DNA from: Neoechinorhynchus agilis
Taxonomy: Eukaryota > Animalia > Acanthocephala
Reading direction: 5' to 3'
NCBI GenBank assembly: GCA_051530055.1
Contig: CM121343.1
Span: 6,666,389-6,730,388, forward strand
DNA: 64,000 nucleotides
In this document: in pieces, positions 37,270 through 50,100 of the stretch
How positions within the stretch are numbered: the first letter of the stretch is position 1
Layout of the letters: every line of letters starts with the position of its first letter
Translations under genes and position numbers: made by a program
The notes under the pieces: model-generated
Database searches by the model: none
Seen by the model: the letters and a program-made list of their open reading frames with translations, nothing else
What the model was told of the DNA's origin: nothing

Positions 37270-38270
37270 CACTTTCGGTGAGAATAATCCCGGTCATTAC
37301 ATATTTTATTCGAAATATTTCGCGAGGTATCCTCGCCTTTTCAGTCATCTAAAAAAAAGTTTTCCACATTACGATTTTTGCTCGAGTGCGCGGGATCGCC
37401 AAACCCGAAGTTCAGGGACGTTTTTTTGTTTTTCCATTGATTTTTATCACGTCGCTGGCTGGAAGTTTCAAGCTAAAATTAGCTTTATTTCCCTCCATTG
37501 TGTTTAACGCAGGCGTCCATTTAAGATTTTTTTCTTTTTCCAGGAAGTAGGTGCCATTAAAATCAGCGCGATGTTTAAAAGTCTCTTGATAATTTGAGAT
37601 TGCCGTAGAATGCTCAAATCGAATGTAAGCTTGCTTGTGTTGCGAGACCCTCTTCTTAATGCCCTGCATCGTTTGTCCGATGTAATGAGTCGGCTCAGTT
37701 TTACTCTTCTTCTTGAATGTGCATCTGAGGGCGATTCTTTATTGTTATAGAGACGAGTTCCAGCCTTCTTACTCATAATGGAGTAGATCATTTGATTTGT
37801 TTCATCATCATCAATGAAGTTCACTTTTTCGAAACATATAAGCTCTGTGGGCGATTTTTGGTTGTGGTTGTTGTGTAAATGGTACTTCCTGCTTTTGATT
37901 CCGCGGTCTATAATCCATTTGGGATATCCCCTCATTTTTAGCTCCTGGACTATCTTCTCCCTTTCTATACTCCACGCCAATCGAGTGGATGCGATAAGAG
38001 AGGCTCATCGGAATTAGGACATGACAGCCGAGATTTTATACCTCATCGGTTGGTGACTTGACCAATGTGGTGGTCCCCATGGTAGGTTCGCCTTAGAACG
38101 CTTGACAAGGACGTCCAGGAAAGAGACCTCACCGTCGATGCCCTCTTCATTGACTGTCCACTGCATGTGTGGATCTTTACTGTTAAGTTCACCATTTAGA
38201 GAATCTCTGTTGTGGTTTGAATCAGTCAGAATGAATGCATCGTCTAGTTCACCTTGTTCAGATTATTGAT
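37270..38270 (-). mobile_element. Decayed Penelope-like element (RT C-terminus + GIY-YIG) with a 3' hammerhead motif
   Basis: DDAFILTD, VSFLDVLVKR, RGYPKWII, HYIGQTMQGIKKRVSQHK; hammerhead motif at 37311-37348. Confidence 0.88.
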
Positions 38271-39837
38271 AGTAGGTGAATTCATCATCTTTTTAATCTG
38301 TAGTGATACGATAACGTATTGGAGCAATCAAATCTGTCGAGATATTACATAAAGAAATTCGACACAATTACAAGGATAAAAAAATTAGTCCAGCTAAAAA
38401 AATCTTACAACTTTTATAAACACGTACAGGATTGTGCCGAAATATCGGAATCAGCCATATAGAAACAATGTTGGAAGCGCCTCCGAAGTATGTGAGTTAG
38501 CCGAGAGGTTCCCAAAGACATGCCGTAAGGCCATGAGTGTATGTGATTTAAGATAAATAAATCAAAACAGTATTTTATCTTGGTTGAAGAGGATATGGAA
38601 TTACATTCGCCTAAATTGCAAATCATAACGGCAAGTTCAACTGACTGATTTTTTTTGGAGTTTTAAACAATTCCATGTTGTCAGATTGAACGATTAAAGA
38701 TACAATATTCAAGTCATATTTATAGTCTTTTTAAGCTACGTCTGTAGCGTGTATCTATTCAAATTAGTCTCAATTAAGTACGCGTATAATTAATATAATT
38801 CTTCAATAATAGCTTAGCCCTTGTTTGGGGATGTAAACGTTATTGTGTTTATGATAAATTAACTTCCGAGAAATTGTTCTTCATGGAATTTCTACACTCG
38901 CTTATTTAAAAATATTCGACAATCAGAGATTAACGTTTAAAAATGTCAATTGTCGCCTTTTTTTAGATCAAAAATTGAAGTCAGAATTCATCCATTTTTT
39001 GGCATGTGAATTCATAAATCATAGCAGTCATTTTAATGCTTAAAGCAATTTTAGTCTTTTCGTCCAGTAGCGGAATACGCGCCTGATTGGAAAAATCTAG
39101 GAAAAGAATATCCAATCTCATCCGAATGTTCAAGAAATTAGTCTTAATTTGGCACAAAATAGTTTTAAAATGAGCAAATGTGAGTGTGTAACACTTTACG
39201 AAGTCAGCAAAAAAAATTCCGTTTAAGCAGCTTAGTGCAAAAGTTCGTAATCGTTACTAATACATATTCTGACCTTGTCCACAAATGATAAGATTAAATT
39301 TCTTAATCTAAATTCAAATGTACTCTCTTTAGATTCAAGTTTCACCCTCCATTTCATATCCATTATTTAAATTCTGGATCCTTGTTGTAGTCTTGAATAT
39401 TCATGCGTAATTTTATCATCGTAATAATGATCGCTGCGTATTACTGTTATGCAGGTTTATCGTCTTTTTTGCTTTAGTCACTTTAGCAAATACCCCATTG
39501 TTCAACAATCAATACCATTTGAAGCAAATTTATGTAAATGATAAATGGACACATATATTCCCGAACGTTGCATTTCATCTCTACTATGACAATAAGATTC
39601 TAGCTTTAGATTAATATGCGATCGAATTTAAATTTACAAAATGATGCAAATCGACCCATCACAAGTGTGGTCCTTTCTATATAAGGCACTCCAACAAAAC
39701 TGATTCGCAAAACAAGATCTTAGTTCTGTGCAAGACGATTATTGTGAAGCAACTCAAACTGACTGAACTTTTATTGCAGTCCAAAAAACGATATTTTTCT
39801 ACTTTAATGTTCTCACACCGTGCTATTCGCTCAAAAC

Positions 39838-40186
39838 ATTTAGTACTGATATTATGGAAAGCCTCTTTTCCCAACACCCTCATGTTTATTCCAGATTTAT
39901 TATCGAACGGAAAATGGGTGTTTTATTTATTTCTTACTTCAAATTTTCGACGTCTTCGTCAGGAAGCTTTTCTTCGGTTGTCTGAAAAGGAATCAGAGGA
40001 GGGCAACGCTGTCCGTCAGCTCATCCCTCTTATTGAGCATCCCCTCTATAAGAGGGATGAGCTGATTCCTTTTCAGACAACCGAAGAAAAGCTTCCTGAC
40101 GAAGACGCAAGGCGTCGAAAATTTGAAGCAATAAACAAATAAAACACCCATTTTCCGTTCGATAATAAATCTGGATTTAGTACTGA
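39838..40186. mobile_element. Long fold-back element with 12-bp TSD
   Basis: ATTTAGTACTGA at 39838 and 40175; arms 39890-40033 and 40048-40175; 14-nt loop; 40-nt one-sided tail. Confidence 0.85.
40091..40129 (+). ncRNA. Minimal type-I hammerhead ribozyme with intact core
   Basis: GCTTC-CTGACGA-A-GACGC-AAG-GCGTC-GAAA-AT-T-T-GAAGC: 5-bp helix I, 5-bp helix II, palindromic AATT helix III, predicted cut after 40124. Confidence 0.75.
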
Positions 40187-42205
40187 AATACCTTTACCAA
40201 ATAATCACACACAGTAGGTGGGAATTCGAAGGATAATTACTGTCATTTTCGATTAATGCAATAGCTAGATTTGTAAAGCCATCATTTAAAATTTGATGGG
40301 CTATCAGTTTACAAACAGGGCTCCAAGTAATTATGTTATAACAAGGGACAAATATCATGGATCCAAAAGTGAAGCTCTGCAGGTTATCATTAAAGCACAC
40401 TTAAATATTTTTAGGCACCCACGCATCCTCATTTTAGCTAATCAAAAGCAATTAAATGATTTTAAGGCCGTCCTATCAATATCGATCATGTATCATTCCG
40501 AACGGCACAAAATTGAACAAGAAACAAAAGTGAAATCCAATGATTTAAAACTGCTGTTAGGTGAGTTTTATACTTTACCGTTCAATATAAGCATCATTTA
40601 TAATTGGTATATATCGAAAAAGCTGCAATCGGACGCTTCCACCGCCTACGGCAACCTAAAACAGTTTTGAAGGAATCCCGTGATCAGGACATCTTCGGAT
40701 ATACTATTTTTTGGCTTAATTGATAGCTATGGATTATCTTAGGTAATAATATCGGTATATACGAAATGTCGACTTTTTTATAGATTTTAATAAAAACATT
40801 AGTTTGTTCGGGGTCACCTATTTTATGTCTATTTTCAATTCTTTAAACGTTCAACAGTTTTAAAGCTTGTTCTATTATCGAATTTATATATATATATCTA
40901 GAAAACGGTGTACGGAAATTCGCAATTATAAAATTTTATAACCAACTTTTAGTCAATTGCCCAATATTTTCGCATTTAAATGGTTTTATTTGAACAAAAA
41001 CATATTGCTTCAATTTTTTTATGGTGGACGTTTGTGCTTTAAATTGTGTGATGAAAAGTCCAAAATATCCCTCTCAAATTAGAAATTCTGATCTTCTAGA
41101 ATATTTATTGAACGTATGCAAAGCTGCTAAATAGAATGCGGCCGCATAAAAATGACAACGATTGGATGTTTTTGCTTATAAACGTAACTAATTAGTATCG
41201 ATTAATGTTTCGATAACGCCAGTTCTCAACTTTGTTAAACCTCAGATAAAAATTAATATTCTATCACGTGGTAGTGAGCGGAATTCAAATGAATATATTA
41301 TGTTTGATTTGAGATAAATATCCATTATATGGTTCGTTTAAATCTAAGATGGAATGTATATTTTTTAAATTTACGGATTAAAAATGCATGAGTGTAGACT
41401 GAAAAATAATGAGAATTTCTTATTGATTTAAATTTTGCTTTTTAGGTATGGTTGAATGGAACATGCTTAGGGGGCAAAGTCACGGCTTTGAAACGACGTT
41501 TAATTTGCTGGAAACTGCGCTGTTTTAGATGAAAAAAATTGACGAACTTAATTTTTTTTCATTTGCTATCATTACTAGGTACTAATAATGAAATGAGAAA
41601 TTAGTGTGGTTATTCTTGGAATCTAACAATTTGATCCCACGTTTGGATATATTATTTTACATTCAATTTCACCGAACTCTCATATCTATATTGTGATTGG
41701 CTCCTTAAAAGCGTACGTGGCCTAGCCACCAATTGTAATTTAGGACATTAAAGCACGGCTGTCTGTTGCTCTCTAGTAAAGCCTGGCTTTTAATAGCATT
41801 TTGACGCCTTCGCGTTCGAAACCCGCCAGTCTTGGATGTGATATCGATAAGTGGGTGTTGGTGCATAGCGTTGAGGAAGCGAGGCAACCGAACGCACAGC
41901 ATCCTATGTCGTACTCGATTTCAGTCGTAGATAATGAAAGATAGTGCACTTCGACAACTTTTCCACTTTCACAGACCGCGGTTTAAGTCATTAGGCAGGC
42001 AGAGAAGGAAAACCGACTTTGATTATAATCTAAAAGTAGAACATTTGCGCGAAGAATTGATACCAGGAGGATATTTGGTTCTCATCTCCAATGGTTTTAC
42101 TTGTTTCTATAATTTTATTAATTCAATTTCGATTGCAATTAGTAGCCGAGACGAGCTTAACATTGTAAGGTTTAATACCTTTCATTTTTAGAACATCGAT
42201 ATGTC

Positions 42206-43375
42206 ATGAATAGTCCATCATTCTGTTCATTAAATTATGTCCAAGGAGATCAACAAATTCATTTGGCTAATGTTGCTGCGGATACCAACATGTTTTCGGA
42301 TTTCTACAACAATGATGCCAATCGTAATAATTATATTTCTTGTTTGCCTATGGAATACGAGTATTCGACTCTTCCGCACAGTTCAGTGCCGATCAGAATG
42401 GCATCTGATGGATCATTTTTGAATTTCCCACAACAATTTCAAGTCAATGATTGGAATCAGCACCCACCTTTTCCTCAATCTGCTCAATTTATTAACCAAC
42501 AGATATTGAGAAACCATCGTCCAAGTGATCACCATCCTTCTCGACAAGTTATTCATCATCGATCGGTCATTTCTTCAAGCGATCAACATCTTTTAAGTGG
42601 AAACCAACGCCGAGATCGTTGGCACAAATTAAACCTTCCATATTCTCATGTAAATGGAAATCCAACGGTCGTTCAGACAATGGGAACGCCATATATCGGA
42701 TCATACGATCATGCCTTGGGACACTCAAATAATGGAATTTTAACACCCGATGCAGATTGCATGGAAGTTCACGTCCGTGCAAAACAAAGTGACCTCGAAC
42801 AGTTTGCCAAAGAATTTAAACAAAAACGAATAAAATTAGGATTCACTCAGGCTGATGTCGGGTTAGCAGTTGGAGATATTTTTGGAAGTATGTTCAGTCA
42901 GACAACAATTTGTCGATTTGAAGCTCTACAACTTAGTTTCAAAAATATGTGCAAGCTTAAACCGATGCTTCAAGCATGGCTGGAACGAACTGATTCGAGT
43001 ACTAATTCTCTAAATAGTTTAGACCGAATAGCTACACAGAATCGCAAAAGAAAAAAGAGAACGAGCATTGATAACGCATCCAAGGCTGTATTGGAATCTC
43101 ATTTTGAAAAAAACTCAAAACCAAATGCACAAGAAATATCGAGATTGGCTGAAAGGTTACATCTTGAAAAGGAAGTTGTTCGAGTATGGTTCTGCAATCG
43201 AAGACAGAAGGAAAAAAGAATAGGTGCTCCTATCAGAATCGGAGAAACGAATGATAATCAATCAAGAATTCAGCTAACGCAATGCTCACTTCGACGTTCA
43301 GATAGGGCTAACAAACATGATTTAATTGTTACGCATCGTGTAAATTTCGATGCGACTGATCAAATGTATTGTTGA
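42206..43375 (+). CDS. POU3: Class III POU transcription factor (Brn1/2, vvl-like), single exon, 389 aa
   Basis: [50 protein letters not shown]; class III-type linker and [24 protein letters not shown]. Confidence 0.95.
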   Translation: MNSPSFCSLNYVQGDQQIHLANVAADTNMFSDFYNNDANRNNYISCLPMEYEYSTLPHSSVPIRMASDGSFLNFPQQFQVNDWNQHPPFPQSAQFINQQILRNHRPSDHHPSRQVIHHRSVISSSDQHLLSGNQRRDRWHKLNLPYSHVNGNPTVVQTMGTPYIGSYDHALGHSNNGILTPDADCMEVHVRAKQSDLEQFAKEFKQKRIKLGFTQADVGLAVGDIFGSMFSQTTICRFEALQLSFKNMCKLKPMLQAWLERTDSSTNSLNSLDRIATQNRKRKKRTSIDNASKAVLESHFEKNSKPNAQEISRLAERLHLEKEVVRVWFCNRRQKEKRIGAPIRIGETNDNQSRIQLTQCSLRRSDRANKHDLIVTHRVNFDATDQMYC

Positions 43376-46300
43376 TATCTATAGCACAGTGAACCATGAA
43401 ATGCCGAGCGTGTCATCATGGATCGTTATCCACAAAATTGCACTTTGTTTTACCTTCAGGTGGGCAGACACATTTTGCTGAGAAATTCTCGTTGGTCTGT
43501 AAGACTGCGAAACGAAGCCGGGATCGCAGCCAATCAGATGTAAAGCGAAAGCATAAATAACAAATTAAGGAGAAACTAGGCGCTTAGACGTAGATTAAAC
43601 CAGTAAAAGTGAACTATATGGAATTTCAACAATTTTGAATAAAAGTAAATATCTACGTGGAAAAAATCCTTAATTTCAGTCACTTGCTACCCTTTTAAAT
43701 TAGCCGAGAGGACTAAAAATATACGAAAAATTTCGGTGATCTGTGAAAGCATTTTTGTTGGTTATTGATTTCGTTGTTTGCGTTTGAAAAAAAATTAAAT
43801 TTATATTGTTTAAACAATTAAAAAATAATTTTCAACTTAACTATTTTCGCACCTGCTGCTTGTAAGTCAAATTTTTTGAAAACAAACGCCCAAATAATTA
43901 AAGAACTTTTTTAGGCGAAAATTTCAAATTTTGCTTGAAAAAGTATATTGCGCTTTGAATTTTCTTCGTTACAAGTTGATAGATGAACTAATCCGATTTA
44001 ATTAATTTAAGCACCTACACGTTCAATATTTGCCTAGTTGTGAATTAATTGATGAGTCAAGTAGCCATTAAATATAAGCATTTCCATCATCCAATAACAA
44101 CGTTTTATGATATTTTGATCTTTATATAAGGATTTATCTTAAATTTCATAACACATTGGAAGATTACTTGGCCTATCATATTTCCTGTGCTGCTTAATAA
44201 TTTTTTAGCTTCAGTGAGATCAAACTAGAATTTTATTTTTTGAATATTATCCATGTTTATTATCAATCGTATTAAATATTCGCGTATCCGCTATGTATTT
44301 CTAGCTTAATAACATCTCTTCCGGTACTTTTAAGTTGATTTAACGTTTTCCCTATTTTTAGTGTTTGAGCGAAAATGCCATAATTTAGAGTGCCTACTCT
44401 TTCCGTCTGACAGCACTCTCGGATGCGTCCAAGATGAAATTTCTAACTTGATTCATGAATGATCGATTATACTGTGATGATTGTGCATCCAAGTCTAGCT
44501 AGTAAATTCTACGGTACAACTTAAACAAGATTAGATATTCCATTCGATTATGTTAATCCGCCAGCCCTCAATAGTGCTCGAGGCGAATGAGATAATCATA
44601 TTACTAACTTGCACATCATTATTGTGAAATTATTAGACATTTGTCTTTGGGCGTCTTGGCAATCGAGACAGGTGGGGATATCTCAGAATCCAAGCAATTT
44701 CTGATACCCGTTGGGATATTTCAAATCGAATGAATGATCTGTATACCATGTGAGTTGCATTTATACAATCTAATTATCGTTTCATTATTTATTGAACGAT
44801 GACTTCAGAACATTAGTAACAAACTGCATTCAAAATATGGATCAGAAAATTCAGTTAATAAAACGCTAATTTTCTCAAAAGTATTTTTTATTTGGTGATA
44901 GAATAATTAGAGATTTATAATTCCCTTTTACAATATTTTGTCCGTCTCGTAGGACTTCTTTAGGTCAAGAAGGTAGATCAGAGTAATTGTTACTCAGGTT
45001 TAAGTAAAAACTCAAATCATTAGAGACTTTTGGTCATCCGCACGGATATGTTCATCAACCATTTAGAAAGTTTATGATAAATCCGTTAAGCTTTCGATAG
45101 CTTTCACACCATGAAACAAAAGTGGACGTACGAATACGGCATCCGGAGAAATCCGGAGTTATATTTGTTGCACCTCGGATTCATGTTCAAGTTAATGCAT
45201 TGTTCATTTGAGCATTAAAACATATTACAATAACTTCTAAAGCCAAGAATCTGTGCAATTTCACTCGTGTGCCACATTGTGAATAGGGAATTTCAAAAAC
45301 AGCTACTTTATTTGATACAAAGTGAAGATAATCCTCAGTATACTGAAATTAGCAATTCATTTCGATGCGTTTTAAAGCCGGTATTTCTCAATGCTAAAAG
45401 ACGTAAAGGTATTTTTTCAACTCCCAAGATCGATGCATTATTCCACATTTTTATGGAAGATTTTAACTTTTGAAGTGCTATCGAGTAAAAAATCCATTTT
45501 TCATTTTAGAAACGGTAAACGTACAGTCACAGATCTCTTGAATGGCTTCGATGTGATATTACAAAATGCTGAATGCTTGAGCTAAACGATATTTTGGCAT
45601 TATTTTTACTAATCAATTTTGAAAAGGCGAGTTGAACATGAGTAGATAGCTTATGTTCGCAATCGAAGGCTAATGCGATGAAAATCTATAGCAGCTTAAA
45701 GTAACTGAAAGTATTAGAACTTGAGATCATCGGTTTGTTCACTATAAAGAAATCATGAGGAAAATGCTATTGGTCCAACAAGCATCAATAAGCAAATTTA
45801 AAACTTTATTCACAAATTACATCGTCTTTTGGAATCAAAAAACCTAAATTCAGTAAACCACTGTCTTTCATCATTAATGAGAAGTTTCTAAGCAGTAAAA
45901 ATGAACAATTGCAATCTTAAATTCATTCGCAAAATGCTTCAAGGCTAAAAATATCAACTTATACATAGTCCAATGAATTATATCTTATGGACGAATCTTC
46001 ACTTCCTTAATACCTTCTATCGCAACAAGCTTTCATCTTTGGATTTGTTTAAAAGTATTTAAGAGAGATCGTATTTTGCAGTGTTTTCATTGGCTGCGAA
46101 AGCGTTCCCTACCATTTTTTAAGGAAAATGTGTGTTTTGATTAAGTCAAATGACCTTAGTTTTATAGTTAAGAAGCGGATCCTCGTATTTGCGATTTTTA
46201 TCGAACTATAATTCTACACAGATACATTTTGCCATTCTCAATTCACAGCAATGAAAAGGCATAAAGTAATAAAATCATTCAAATGAATGGGTTTATCACG

Positions 46301-47119
46301 ACTTGATAGAAGGGAAATCTTCATGGAGAATAAAAATAAAGCGCGAAAAGATAGAAGCAAAATTATCATACCGTTAAATTTGTTCTGTACCTATTTTTTG
46401 GGACATTAAGGATTGTATTTCAAGAAATAATGCCGTCAATTATTCGGATAAGAATGCTGTCCTATACTAATACCATTGCTTAAGAGAATCAAAGACCTCG
46501 AAGAAAAATAAGTGACTATCTTCAACAATAAAGCTAAAATTATGCAATTCTCTCCCAATTTTGTTTTTCTAAACTTCTCCGTATGTTGAAAACTTTGATA
46601 TATGCAGTCGAGCTTAAAAAATTAATAATTTAAATTTGATGTTGCGGTCATATCAAAAGTATCGTATCAAAATAGTTTCCGGTCCACGTTAATTCAAATA
46701 CATGACGTTTAACTGTATTAATATTCAAATCTCGTTCCAAAAACGTGTATCGCATTTCCAATATGGCACAAACATACCCAGTCCGGGAGATATTTCTCAA
46801 TGAGTGAGCGAACGGTCCATTAAAATGTATTACGAAAACCGAGTTTAGAAATGTGAGTAGAACAAGAATCCAAATTAGACTACGAAAAACGACATCACCG
46901 ATGATTGCCTAAGGTGCATTGTTGTAGAAAATCGCATTTATATGTAAATTGTTAAAGAGCAGCTTTGATCCACAGACGCGAAATTAATTATTTTCAACTC
47001 CACCAAAAAATAGTTTAGAGCCGGATACCTAACGAGCACTATAGAAGGAGTTTTCGTCCGCAGACAATAAACGAGGTTTAGTCGTGAGAAATAATTAATT
47101 ATAATAATAACACGCTTAA

Positions 47120-50100
47120 TTAATTAAAGTAAGGAAACGGTGTTACTATGGGTCTTCATGAACATTCGATCCAAATGATTAATTCCCTGAATGCGCTTGT
47201 AGATTTTGGAGTGGATGGCGAGATCTGTGGGAAAGTTGGTGGTTCTTGGCGTTGGAGAGTTTGCCAGGTTATTACAAAACGTTTTCTTGATCAAAGTGCG
47301 GAAACGGTGTTACTTTTAATCCTCATGAACATTCGATCCAAATGATTGGTTCCATTAATGCGGTTGTTGATTTTGGAGTGGATGGCGGGATCTGTGGGAA
47401 AGTTGGTGGTTCTTGGCGTTGGAGAGTTTGCCAGGTTATTATAAAACGTTTTCTTGATCAAAATGCGGAAACGGTGTTACTTTTAATCCTCATGAACATT
47501 CGATCCAAATGATTGGTTCCCTGAATGCGGTTGTTGATTTTGGAGTGGATTGCGAGATCTGTAGGAAAGTTGGTGGTTCTTGGCGTTGGAGAGTTTGCCA
47601 GGTTATTATAAAACGTTTTCTTGATCAAAGTACTTAAACGATGTTACTTTTAATCCTCATGAACATTCGATCCAAATGATTGGTTCCCTGAATGCGGTTG
47701 TTGATTTTGGAGTGGATTGCGAGATCTGTAGGAAAGTTGGTGGTTCTTGGCGTTGGAGAGTTTGCCAGGTTATTATAAAACGTTTTCTTGATCAAAGTAC
47801 GGAAACGGTTTTACTTTAAATCCTCATTAACATTCGATCCAAATGATTGGTTCCATTAATGCGGTTGTTGATTTTGGAGTGGATGGCGGGATCTGTGGGA
47901 AAGTTCGTGGTTCTTGGCGTTGGAGAGTTTGCCAGGTTATTATAAAACGTTTTCTTGATCAAAGTGCGGAAACGGTGTTACTTTTAGTCCTCATGAACAT
48001 TCGATCCAAATGATTAATTCCCGGAGTGCGCTTGTAGATTTTGGAGTGGATGGCGAGATCTGTGGGAAAGTTGGTGGTTCTTGGCGTTGGAGAGTTTGCC
48101 AGGTTATAATAAAACGTTTTCTTGATCAAAGTAAGGAAACGGTTTTACTTTAAATCCTCATGAACATTCGATCCAAATGATTGGTTCCATGAATGCGGTT
48201 GTTGATTTTGGAGTGGATTGCGAGATCTGTGGGAAAGTTGGTGGTTCTTGGCGTTGGAGAGTTTGCTAGGTTATTACAAAACGTTTTCTTGATCAAAGTG
48301 CGGAAACGGTGTTAATTTTAGTCCTCATGAACATTCGATCCAAATGATTGGTTCCATTAATGCGGTTGTTGATTTGGAGTGGATGGCGGGATCTGAAGGA
48401 AAGTTGGTGGTTCTTGGCGTTGGAGAGTTTGCCAGGTTATTATAAAACGTTTTCTTGATCAAAATGCGGAAACGGTGTTACTTTTAATCCTCATGAACAT
48501 TCGATCCAAATGATTAATTCCCGGAGTGCGCTTGTAGATTTTGGAGTGGATGGCGAGATCTGTGGGAAAGTTGGTGGTTCTTGGCGTTGGAGAGTTTGCC
48601 AGGTTATAATAAAACGTTTTCTTGATCAAAGTAAGGAAACGATGTTGCTTTTAATCCTCATGAACATTCGATCCAAATGATTAATTCCCTGAATGCGCTT
48701 GTAGATTTTGGAGTGGATGGCGAGATCTGTGGGAAAGTTGGTGGTTCTTGGCGTTGGAGAGTTTGCTAGGTTATTATAAAACGTTTTCTTGATCAAAGTG
48801 CGGAAACGGTGTTACTTTTAGTCCTCATGAACATTCGATCCGAATGATTAATTCCCTGAATGCATTTGTTGATTTTGGAGTGGATGGCGGGATCTGAAGG
48901 AAAGTTGGTGGTTGTTGGCGTTGGAGAGTTTGCTAGGTTATTATAAAACGTTTTCTTGATCAAAGTGCGGAAACTGTGTTACTTTCAGTCCTCATGAACA
49001 TTCGAACCGAATGATTGGTTCGATGAATGCGGTTGTTGATTTTGGAGTGGATGGCGGGATCTGAAGGAAAGTTGGTGGTTCTTGGCGTCGGAGAGTTTGC
49101 TAGGTTATTATAAAACGTTTTCTTGATCAAAGTGCGGAAACGGTGTTACTTTTAGTCCTCATGAACATTCGATCCGAATGATTGGTTCGATGAATGCGGT
49201 TGTTGATTTTGGAGTGGATGGCGGGATCTGAAGAAAAGTTGGTGGTTCTTGGCGTTGGAGAATTTGCTAGGTTATTATAAAACGTTTTCTTGATCAAAGT
49301 GCGGAAACGGTGTTACTTTCAGTCCTCATGAACATTCGATCCGAATGATTGGTTCGATGAATGCGGTTGTTGATTTTGGAGTGGATGGCGGGATCTGAAG
49401 GAAAGTTGGTGGTTCCTGGCGTTGGAGAGTTTGCTAGGTTATTATAAAACGTTTTCTTGATCAAAGTGCGGAAACGGTGTTACTTTTAGTCCTCATGAAC
49501 ATTCGATCCGAATGATTGGTTGCCTGAATGCGGTTGTTGATTTTGGAGTGGATGGCCGGATCTGAAGGAAAGTTGGTAGTTCTTGGCGTTGGAGGGTTTG
49601 CTAGGTTATTATAAAACGTTTTCTTGATCAAAGCACGGAAACTGTGTTACTTTTAGTCCTCATGAACATTCGATCCGAATGATTGGTTCCATGAATGCGG
49701 TTGTTGATTTTGGAGTGGATGGCCGGATCTGAAGGAAAGTTGGTGGTTCTTCGCGTTGGAGAGTTTGCTAGGTTATTATAAAACGTTTTCTTGATCAAAG
49801 TGCGGAAGCGGTGTTACTTTTAGTCCTCATGAACATTCGATCCGAATGATTAATTCCCTTAATGCATTTGTTGATTTTGGAGTGGATGGCGGGATCTGAA
49901 GGAAAGTTGGTGGTTCTCGGCGTTGGAGAGTTTGCTAGGTTATTATAAAACGTTTTCTTGACAAAAGTGCGGAAGCGGTGTTACTTTCAGTCCTCATGAA
50001 CATTCGATCCGAATGATTGGTTCCCTGAATGCGGTTGTTGATTTTGGAGTGGATGGCGGGATCTGGAGGAAAGTTGATGGTTCTTGGCGTTGGAGAGTTT

